Made by a program: the position numbers and the translations under genes
Notes under the pieces: model-generated
Database searches by the model: none
What the model saw: only the letters and a program-made list of their open reading frames with translations
Told to the model about the DNA's origin: nothing
From: Candidatus Omnitrophota bacterium
Lineage (GTDB): Bacteria; Omnitrophota; Gorgyraeia; Gygaellales; Profunditerraquicolaceae
Direction of reading: 5' to 3'
Assembly: GCA_963805065.1 (NCBI GenBank)
Contig: CAWDSS010000010.1
Span: forward strand, 83,696 to 147,695
DNA length: 64,000 nt
In this document: piece after piece, positions 48,542 to 55,510 of the stretch
Position numbering within the stretch: the first letter of the stretch is position 1
How the letters are laid out: every line of letters begins with the position of its first letter

Positions 48542-49136
48542 ACTATACAGCAATACCTAAGTTGTCAGCCATATTTTGGACTTTAGAGATACTATTCCTC
48601 GGCGCATTCTCGACGGGTGAGCGGACATAAATGGCCGAAATTGTGTCCGTTTTGTCCGGTCATTTTTATCTCTATTTTCCGTAACTCTTTGTAAGGTTAG
48701 GCGATAGCGATGTCCGCCTTACTTTGTCCGGACATGGGCTTATTATAACCACCATTTGAAGCACCTGGCTTCTGTATCTCAGCCAGTATACCAAACCAAG
48801 AGCCAAAAACCACCCAAAACCAGCCTTAAAAAAGTGAGAATTTTTAAGGGGAATTTGGCTATTTTTTAGGTTTTTCGCCCCCAGAGGGGTACGGTAATGA
48901 TGAGACCTGTCAAATAACGAGTTGGCCTATATCCTAACCTGCGGTAAAATATAGGCTTAACTGACAGTCATGCCAGTTAATTTTTCAAAGGAGAAAACCA
49001 ATGGACTACACCAAATCTTATACCATAAACGGCACCCCCCCCCAAGCGTTTGAAACGTCGCCAGATACAAAGAGCCCGACGAAACTTTCTCGTCGGGCAA
49101 TTGTCGTATCTCTTTATCTCTCAATGAGTTACAATA
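48482..49136. repeat. ~655-bp tandem unit 1
   Basis: Aligns by eye with 49137-49650 over leader, promoter-like, TGTCCGG-rich and transposase-5' segments. Confidence 0.8.
48878..49035 (+). repeat. bipartite hairpin element, copy A (full; ends after 12 transposase codons at a C9 run)
   Basis: CCCCAGAGGGG; hairpin 1 GCCTATAT-16-ATATAGGC (48925-48956); hairpin 2 TTAACTGACA-GTCA-TGCCAGTTAA (48957-48980); AAGGAG; ATGGACTACACCAAATCTTATACCATAAACGGCAC. Confidence 0.85.
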
Positions 49137-49187
49137 ATTGGGGTCCCCCTCCTATTAGCCGAGGGAAAACCGCTCTTAATTTTACAC
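49062..49187 (-). ncRNA. candidate small RNA 2 (TATAAT + conserved leader + terminator)
   Basis: On the minus strand: -10 TATAAT (rc of 49194-49199) with a weak -35, then leader L4 (rc of ~49138-49175). Terminator GCCCGACGA/TCGTCGGGC (49073-49097) + CTCTTTGT. No ORF. Confidence 0.25.
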
Positions 49188-49650
49188 AGGTCAATTATAC
49201 CGCAATACCTATATTATCCAGCATATTCTGGACTTTAGAGATACTATTCCTCGGCGGATTATCGCCGTGGTGGGGGACATAAATGGCCGAAATTGTGTCC
49301 GTTTTGTCCGGTCATTTTTGGCTCTAATTTCCCTAACTCTTTGAAAGGTTAGGACATAGCGATGTCCGCCTCATTTTGTCCGGACATGGGCTTTTTCTGC
49401 CCCATTTTTGTCCTTAATACACCAAAAACCACCCAAAATCAGCCCTAAAAAAGTGAGAATTTTTAAGGGGAATTTGGCTATTTTTATGTTTTTTGTCCCC
49501 AGTGGGGTACAGAAATTATGAGACCTGTCAAATAACGAGTTGGCCTATATTCTAACCTGCGGTAAAATATAGGCTTAACTGGCATAACTGCCAGTTAATT
49601 TTTCAAAGGAGAAAAATAATGGACAACACCAAATATTATACGCAATCTTT
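49137..49650. repeat. tandem unit 2
   Basis: See 48482-49136. Confidence 0.8.
49497..49641 (+). repeat. bipartite hairpin element, copy B (full, degenerate 3' part)
   Basis: Hairpin 2 is perfect: TTAACTGGCA-TAAC-TGCCAGTTAA (49575-49598). The element ends ATGGACAACACCAAATATTATAC, 14 nt before the stop of the convergent amidohydrolase gene. Confidence 0.85.
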
Positions 49651-49654
49651 CGAA

Positions 49655-51328
49655 TTATTTCCTCAACTCGTAAACCTTACGTCCACCAACCCAGGTAGAT
49701 AAGACTTTGGGATAGTTAGCGGAAAATTCTTTCGGCGCAACTGTATAAAGATCTCTATCAAAAACGCTCATATCTGCTTTTTTCCCAACTTCCAATGTGC
49801 CAATATCATTTTTACCGGTCGTCTTGGCACTGCCTACGGTAAAACCTTTAATTGCATCTTTAACGCTGATAGGTGGATGAACTTTAGGATCACCTCCTCC
49901 AGTTGTGGCTACTCCAATAACTACTAAAGAAGGACTGTAATCCGGAGGCGAGACGCTAAAATCAGTGCTCAGCCCGACAGATAGACCTGCGTCGATTAGT
50001 TTTTTGATCGGATACGCCCGGGAAGCCCGCTCGCCATAATAATAAGCGGTATCGCTTTCCACCGGCCAGAAACCAGGTTGGACTGTAGTTACTACATGGC
50101 CATTAAACTTCTTAATCCGTGCGATCTGTCCATCAGCAGGAAATGCTAAATGGATTAAGGTATGAATCCCCTTTAACTTCCCTTTTTCTGCTATTACTTT
50201 ATCCAACGCGTCAAGAACCGCATCGATTGCTTTATCTCCCTGAACATGGTAGTGCATGTTCATCCCATATTCTTCTACCTTAGCCACAATTCGATTTAAA
50301 TTGAGCTCATGTCCGCCAGCATCATCGGTGTAAATTTCTTGCAGACCGTGATTCCCTTGCTTATTTTTCCAACTGGTCCATGCCTGTCCTCCGGCATAAG
50401 CTCCGTCAACAAAGATCTTGCAGCCGACAAAACGAACCAAATCGGTATCTTGGTTCAAATATTTTGCTGCGTCATCAACATCGCTCAAATTAAAAATTGT
50501 ATAACAATAATTGACGCGCAAGGGAAGTTTCCCTTCTTTTTCCAGCTCTTTAAAGATCTCCGGCCGCATAAAACGGACTCCAGGACCCCCCATCAAATCA
50601 ACCACACCGGTATAGCCTAATGAAGCCCAGCGTTGAGCCAGTTCTTGAGTACCAGTTTTGATGTCTTTGGAATCAAACATGGCAAACATCTTCTTGGTCG
50701 GAATAATCATTGCTGATTCACGAAGCATCCCTGTAAGTTTCCCATTCTCCACGCCCATCTTTCCACCCAAAGGAACAGGTGTGTTTAGAGTAATCCCAAC
50801 AAGTTTAATTGCTGCAGTGTTTATAATTGCATTGTGACCTAATTTATCGCCTAAAAATACTGGGTGGCTTCCGCTTACTGCATCAATCTTAGCCAAATCT
50901 GCCAAAGACCACTTGTCGTAATCCCTGAGTGAAAATCCTACACCAATAACGAACCCTCCATCGGAGACGCTTTTAACTTTTTGGGCCAACACCTTTGCTA
51001 TATCATCGGCATTCTTACAGTCGATGAGGTTCGCGCCGGCATAAAAGAAGTATCCAGTTTCCAGCAAGTGAACATGACTATCAATAAAACCAGGATAAGC
51101 TACTCCCCCTTCAAGGTCAATAACCTCAGCGTTTTTGTATTTTGCGGGATCAACATTCCAGGCCTGGACAACCCCATCTTTTACAAGGAGGTTCTGCGCT
51201 TTCTGTTCTGCATTAATATAAATTGTCCCATTTGTAAAAAGCTGAATCTTATCCTCGGCATTTACTACACCAGAAAAACAGAACATACATACTGCAAATA
51301 GAACAAAGACATAGCTAAACTTTTTCAT
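49655..51328 (-). CDS. secreted amidohydrolase-family metal-dependent hydrolase
   Basis: 557 aa with a signal peptide. GFIDSHVHL metal-binding motif. Amidohydro_3-like length. Confidence 0.85.
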   Translation of the reverse strand: MKKFSYVFVLFAVCMFCFSGVVNAEDKIQLFTNGTIYINAEQKAQNLLVKDGVVQAWNVDPAKYKNAEVIDLEGGVAYPGFIDSHVHLLETGYFFYAGANLIDCKNADDIAKVLAQKVKSVSDGGFVIGVGFSLRDYDKWSLADLAKIDAVSGSHPVFLGDKLGHNAIINTAAIKLVGITLNTPVPLGGKMGVENGKLTGMLRESAMIIPTKKMFAMFDSKDIKTGTQELAQRWASLGYTGVVDLMGGPGVRFMRPEIFKELEKEGKLPLRVNYCYTIFNLSDVDDAAKYLNQDTDLVRFVGCKIFVDGAYAGGQAWTSWKNKQGNHGLQEIYTDDAGGHELNLNRIVAKVEEYGMNMHYHVQGDKAIDAVLDALDKVIAEKGKLKGIHTLIHLAFPADGQIARIKKFNGHVVTTVQPGFWPVESDTAYYYGERASRAYPIKKLIDAGLSVGLSTDFSVSPPDYSPSLVVIGVATTGGGDPKVHPPISVKDAIKGFTVGSAKTTGKNDIGTLEVGKKADMSVFDRDLYTVAPKEFSANYPKVLSTWVGGRKVYELRK

Positions 51329-51414
51329 AAGGCTTATCTCCTTCCATCCTAAAATAACTTAAAATAATTCCAGTTAATCAAGAATTTCTTCTTCTAATTC
51401 GTAGTCCTTAAGAC

Positions 51415-51486
51415 CCAACGGTAAAATATAGGTTTAATAATAATTATCTCAACTAACTTTTCAAAGGAGAAAACCAATGGACTACC
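51415..51486 (+). repeat. bipartite hairpin element, copy C (degenerate)
   Basis: CAACGGTAAAATATAGGTTT...AACTTTTCAAAGGAGAAAACCAATGGACTAC. Hairpin 2 is eroded. Confidence 0.65.
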
Positions 51487-51506
51487 GCTGGCTCTTTACC
51501 CAAGAA

Positions 51507-52613
51507 TTACTTTAATTCTGCGGAAACATCTTTGGCCTGCCCTAACTTCTGCAGATCTTTGTCTTTAAGCACCTTAACATCGGCTGTTTTTAAATTAAGC
51601 TCTTTTAAATCTATCATCCGCACGCTTCTGTCATTATAGGTGTGGTAAAAATACCTGGAGTTTGTCAAATCCGCAGCGCAGGTCCATTGCGTAGTATCGT
51701 AAATTGTTACTCCGTTTTGCTCCCCCTTTACTGCGCCTAAGGGGATGTCAAATTGGTCTAAGATATGGAAGGCAACAGCAATACCCTCGTCAATGTTTTT
51801 AGCCGGGAGGCTTGAGTTGACAAGGAATGCCGCACGCACAAACCGCGATGGAGGCGTAAAGTCTCCAGGAAGGCCGATTGCCCCTGAACCCTGGCCAAAC
51901 TGCACAAACTGATTTCCATTGATCGTAATTGCAGGGTTATTTTCTGCCTTTATGCCGATATAGTTTCTTAGGTTTGTGGTCTGCCAGATATAATCAGGAG
52001 AATTTGTAATAACATTTACCTTGTTATCATAGATATTGAGTTTTCCCGTCACATATTCAACTATCGCAGCATCGCCGGTTTTATCCGAAATAAACATATG
52101 AAACGGCGGAGGATAGCCCAGCCCAGCTTGCACAACTGTAGAAACATGAATTTTTGGCAATTGCTCGCGCACTTCAGCCACACTTGAGCAGGTGGCTAAA
52201 ATCCATGAAGCCACCTCAAGGCAGGATATTGTGCTGGGGTAATCTGCCTCTGCCACATTTTCATATTGTGCGTATCCCGGGAAAAGGAAACTTCCGACGT
52301 GAAGACCCTCTTCATTTAATCCGTCGTCAACGAGCTTCTCTCCTGAAGGAGCAAAACCAACGAAGCCGTATTTTACCTGCCAGCTCATACCGGGTTTGCC
52401 TGTGGGAGTTTGCCCTACATACTTGTAGTTTCTGGGCACCGCGATCAAGTCGTGCGACATAAAACTATCGGCAAATTCCATCGTGCGCGCAAAAATATAA
52501 TTGTCGTCCTGTGTCTTGATTTGTATGCCTGTGCAGGCAAAAGCGTTTGTGGAAGTCAAAATAAGGATAAATAAAAACGCTATGACTGTAAAAAAACCAA
52601 TGTGTTTTTTCAT
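51507..52613 (-). CDS. choloylglycine hydrolase / linear amide C-N hydrolase (Ntn) family, secreted
   Basis: Start taken at MKKHIGFF (Met11 of the track ORF). The signal peptide ends AFA|C, exposing the Cys nucleophile (CTGIQIKT). Confidence 0.85.
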   Translation of the reverse strand: MKKHIGFFTVIAFLFILILTSTNAFACTGIQIKTQDDNYIFARTMEFADSFMSHDLIAVPRNYKYVGQTPTGKPGMSWQVKYGFVGFAPSGEKLVDDGLNEEGLHVGSFLFPGYAQYENVAEADYPSTISCLEVASWILATCSSVAEVREQLPKIHVSTVVQAGLGYPPPFHMFISDKTGDAAIVEYVTGKLNIYDNKVNVITNSPDYIWQTTNLRNYIGIKAENNPAITINGNQFVQFGQGSGAIGLPGDFTPPSRFVRAAFLVNSSLPAKNIDEGIAVAFHILDQFDIPLGAVKGEQNGVTIYDTTQWTCAADLTNSRYFYHTYNDRSVRMIDLKELNLKTADVKVLKDKDLQKLGQAKDVSAELK

Positions 52614-52648
52614 GATCTTATTCCTTTCTACATTATTTTGCACCGACC

Positions 52649-52694
52649 GAGTTGGCTTATATCCTAACCTGCGTTAAAATATAGGCTTAACTGA
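52649..52694 (+). repeat. bipartite hairpin element, copy D (left half only)
   Basis: GAGTTGGCTTATATCCTAACCTGCGTTAAAATATAGGCTTAACTGA. The right edge is the stop-codon region of gene 52687-52968. Confidence 0.8.
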
Positions 52695-52968
52695 CCTTTA
52701 TCCTGGTCAGTCTGTAAACTACAAAAGAATCTGGACATGTTATTTCTATGCTGCCATCTTTTTTCTCCCAACCAAGGTTATCAGAAAACCTCATCGCAAA
52801 AACTACTGGAAATACAGCATGAAATGCTCGACAGCACATTCCTTTCGGTTCAGGTGTTCTGTGCCCGATAATGAAAGACTCGCCCTTTTTAATTTTAGGC
52901 GCACCCGGGCAGCAATCCTTATTGTCCTTAATACTAAAAACCTCGCATTTAATTTTGTTATCAATCAT
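52687..52968 (-). CDS. TIGR04076-like small Cys-rich protein
   Basis: 93 aa. The pattern CCPGAP...GMCCRAFHAVFPVVFAMRF...W...G...ITCPD..VVYRL matches my memory of TIGR04076. Confidence 0.65.
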   Translation of the reverse strand: MIDNKIKCEVFSIKDNKDCCPGAPKIKKGESFIIGHRTPEPKGMCCRAFHAVFPVVFAMRFSDNLGWEKKDGSIEITCPDSFVVYRLTRIKVS

Positions 52969-52979
52969 TCATGTCCCAC

Positions 52980-53029
52980 TAGTTAATTTTTCAAAGGACA
53001 AAACCAATGGACTACACTAAATCTTATAC
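52980..53029 (+). repeat. bipartite hairpin element, copy E (right half only)
   Basis: TAGTTAATTTTTCAAAGGACAAAACCAATGGACTACACTAAATCTTATAC. It ends 8 nt before the SDR stop codon. Confidence 0.8.
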
Positions 53030-53037
53030 GTATTCCT

Positions 53038-53889
53038 TCACTTTGAAGCGAGTTCGCCGTACCAATAGGCCGCCGTTACTCCGCCATCCATAAGGAAATC
53101 ACTACCGGTGATAAATGTGCCGTCAGAACCCATAAGGAGTGCACCAACAGTTCCTACCTCATCGGGAGTACCACCTCTCCCAGCTGCAGACACTTCGATC
53201 ATGCGCCGGTAGCCCGCACCGCGCGGCCCCTCCAATTCATCCTTTGCGAGCGGAGTGAAGATGATTCCAGGGCTTATGGCGTTGACCCGCGCACCGCGTT
53301 TTCCCCACCGGACTGCTTCTGCCATCACCCGCAACGAATTCGCGCGTTTTGAAATCTGGTAGGCGCGAAGAGGATCAGCCACCTGATCGGGCTGAAGCAT
53401 CGGAAGATTGAGTAGGTCTTCAACCGGCGTGGTTGCAAGTGCCTTATTCTGCTCGGCAGATAGCGGCGGCAGACGATGCCCGGACTGTGACGAAATAACG
53501 ATACCAGAACCCCCGCGTGCGATGACATTGCCAAATTCCTCCAGCACAAGCGCTGTTCCGTAGAGATCGACCTTCAGGATCATCTCGAGCGACGCTTGGG
53601 AAGGAGAAACACCAGCAGCATGGATGACGCCGGAAATCTCGCCAAGGGAGGTGGCTGTCTTAACCAAACCTTGAACGGAAGCACGCAATGATACATCGAC
53701 AATCGCCGTGCTCACAGTGAAACCTGCATCACTCAAAGTTTTTGCCGCCGTATCGGCGTTGTCCTGACGCAAATCAGCAAGCACTATGTGCTTGCCTACG
53801 CTAACACGTCGCGCAATCGCTTGACCAATCGATCCGACCCCTATTACAACGATAACATTTGTTATATTTCCGAGTTTGCGCTTTTCCAT
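53038..53889 (-). CDS. short-chain dehydrogenase/reductase (SDR)
   Basis: 283 aa. IGVGSIGQAIA cofactor motif and YQISKRA (YxxxK). Clearly GC-richer than its surroundings. Confidence 0.9.
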   Translation of the reverse strand: MEKRKLGNITNVIVVIGVGSIGQAIARRVSVGKHIVLADLRQDNADTAAKTLSDAGFTVSTAIVDVSLRASVQGLVKTATSLGEISGVIHAAGVSPSQASLEMILKVDLYGTALVLEEFGNVIARGGSGIVISSQSGHRLPPLSAEQNKALATTPVEDLLNLPMLQPDQVADPLRAYQISKRANSLRVMAEAVRWGKRGARVNAISPGIIFTPLAKDELEGPRGAGYRRMIEVSAAGRGGTPDEVGTVGALLMGSDGTFITGSDFLMDGGVTAAYWYGELASK

Positions 53890-53946
53890 AAAGCTCTCCT
53901 TGAAAATGCCCGTTTTGACCCCCTAAAACCGTGATCCCAAACAACC

Positions 53947-54015
53947 CTACCCGTTAGGCTTCTCTCCCACAATCGCAACTATAGGATAATTAAAGTACAC
54001 AAATACCCTACTTAA
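53947..54015 (-). pseudogene. 3'-terminal fragment of a methyltransferase paralog
   Basis: Translates to ...RVFVYFNYPIVAIVGEKPNG*, compared with the C-terminus ...TDVYLNYPIAMVVGEK* of gene 54540-55343. Confidence 0.5.
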
Positions 54016-54031
54016 AACTAAGCCTCGAAAA

Positions 54032-54517
54032 TTATGGTCTTATTTGTTGAATAAACCCGAGGCGATCGATTACTTGCCAATGACCAGCAACCATACCATC
54101 CTTTATCAAATAAATAGTTTGTCCTGAGAAATTCAATCTTTTTCCAGTTGCAGGTAATCCTTGCAGATCACCTAAATGAGTTCCCGAAGCCTTCCAAATA
54201 ACAGCGACCAAATTATTTTCATGAACTAACGTACTAATTTCAAAAGTTAAATCTGGAAATGCTTTTCGTGAGTATAAAACTCGTGTTCGGTAAGTGGATC
54301 GGTTTAAAGTTTGTCCCTCCCACGCGTCACCTGGGTCGCTGAAAATTGTATAGGTCTCAGCAATCAACGAATCAATAGAACTCAGGTCTTCCTGGCTCCA
54401 TGTCTTATATAAGTCTTCTATAAGTTTCTTTTCCATCTCCATATTCAAAATCTTTCTTTTCGTTTCATCCTTAGTCCTGAACTTGCCCCGGTGAACCAGC
54501 TCAGGGTTCGCGCCCAC
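54032..54517 (-). CDS. SnoaL-like / ester-cyclase (NTF2-fold) protein
   Basis: FPDLTFEI...VAVIWKASGTHLGDLQGLPATGKRLNFSGQTIYLIKDGMVAGHWQVIDRLG. The start is probably an internal Met (codon 26 or 28). Confidence 0.75.
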   Translation of the reverse strand: MGANPELVHRGKFRTKDETKRKILNMEMEKKLIEDLYKTWSQEDLSSIDSLIAETYTIFSDPGDAWEGQTLNRSTYRTRVLYSRKAFPDLTFEISTLVHENNLVAVIWKASGTHLGDLQGLPATGKRLNFSGQTIYLIKDGMVAGHWQVIDRLGFIQQIRP

Positions 54518-54539
54518 AATTAGGTGGACAAACTTTGCC

Positions 54540-55343
54540 TTACTTCTCGCCTACAACCATAGCTATGGGATAATTCAGATATACATCCGTTCCTTTTCGA
54601 CAAGCACCCATCCCTATTTTGTCTTTCCCTATATCATCTATCACTGCCTGCCGAATTTTATAAATATCGCTCTCTTGTTTCGGAAAAGACGCCTTGATAT
54701 TATCTTCGAGTTTCATTTCTATCCGATAAAATTCTGCTTTTGTATTGATCAGTCCAGCTTTAGTAATCATGCCCTGAAGCTCAGTTAAAGGCAATGTTCG
54801 CACATGCGATGGATCTTTTAATTTCTCAACTCGATCATAGACATCGGATTGAGCCGCTGATGATGTAAAAACATCAATTACGGCCACCCTGCCTTTGGGT
54901 TTTGCTACCCTAATCATCTCTTTCAGTACCGCTTCTGGCCTAAGAAAGTGGTGAAAAGCATAGCGGCAAACAACAACAGAAAAGGCTGAATCAGCAAATG
55001 GCAGAGGCAAAATATCACCAATCTTCCAATTAATATTCGAGAGCTTCTTTTCTTGTTGTGACTTCTGTGCTTTTTCGATCATTGCAGGCACAAGATCCAT
55101 CCCTGTCATCATCTGAACATGTGGAGCAAGTGCACAAGCAAGCAATCCGGGGCCACAAGCAACGTCCAAAACCGTATCACTCGCATTTAACTGGGACATC
55201 TTAATCAGAAGATTTGTTGACTCCTCGTTGGAATGAGCAAGTATGTTGGCAAATGGAATTGCCTGCTTTGTAAATTGATCCATAATCTTATTAAATTGGT
55301 CTTTGACCAATTTATTATGCGACTCTTGATTTTTCTTATTCAT
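54540..55343 (-). CDS. class I SAM-dependent methyltransferase
   Basis: Start taken at Met34 of the track ORF (GGAGG upstream). Motif I VLDVACGPGLLA. The upstream 33 codons of the track ORF are read-through of element copy F. Confidence 0.85.
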   Translation of the reverse strand: MNKKNQESHNKLVKDQFNKIMDQFTKQAIPFANILAHSNEESTNLLIKMSQLNASDTVLDVACGPGLLACALAPHVQMMTGMDLVPAMIEKAQKSQQEKKLSNINWKIGDILPLPFADSAFSVVVCRYAFHHFLRPEAVLKEMIRVAKPKGRVAVIDVFTSSAAQSDVYDRVEKLKDPSHVRTLPLTELQGMITKAGLINTKAEFYRIEMKLEDNIKASFPKQESDIYKIRQAVIDDIGKDKIGMGACRKGTDVYLNYPIAMVVGEK

Positions 55344-55353
55344 TCTTTCCTCC

Positions 55354-55510
55354 CCCCAGTGGGGTACGGTAATTATGAGGCCTGTCAAATAACGGATTGG
55401 CCTATATTCTAACCTGCGGTAAAATATAGGCTTACCTGACATAACTGTCAGTTAACTTTTCAAAGGAGAAAAGCAATGGACTACACCAAATCTTATACCA
55501 TAAACGGCAC
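55354..55510 (+). repeat. bipartite hairpin element, copy F (full, continuous with the transposase ORF)
   Basis: CCCCAGTGGGG; hairpin 1; hairpin 2 TTACCTGACA-TAAC-TGTCAGTTAA (55432-55455); AAGGAG; ATG at 55476. Confidence 0.85.
55397..55425 (+). promoter_or_regulatory. promoter TTGGCC-17-TAAAAT inside hairpin 1 of the element
   Basis: Also present in copies A (48922-48950), B (49540-49568) and D (52652-52680, as TTGGCT). Confidence 0.45.

Noticed and set aside
48651-48740. Short conserved frames MSGQSKADIAIA* / MTGQNGHNFGHLCP... in the repeat units as micro-proteins
   Set aside because: The upstream frames contain stops or are not conserved between units. The similarity is better explained as the relic 3' end and downstream flank of a sigma-like gene (compare 33147-33190).
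49001-49282. 93-aa plus-strand ORF starting MDYTKSYTINGT
   Set aside because: Only the first 12 codons match the transposase. The rest is read-through of a C9 run, terminator hairpins and the repeat unit. It has no domain-like sequence, so I treat it as a truncated element copy and not a gene.
55344-55442. N-terminal 33 codons of track ORF 54540-55442
   Set aside because: They are read-through of element copy F (hairpins and palindrome). A GGAGG-preceded ATG at 55343 gives a normal methyltransferase N-terminus.
48957-55455. Interpreting the hairpin elements as a classical integron with attC sites
   Set aside because: No IntI-type tyrosine recombinase and no attI are present in the window. 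Hairpin 2 (24-30 nt) is much shorter than known attC sites. One arm misses the RYYYAAC consensus, and copy F lacks GTT. The adjacent enzyme is a DDE transposase. I keep this only as an analogy inside a finding.
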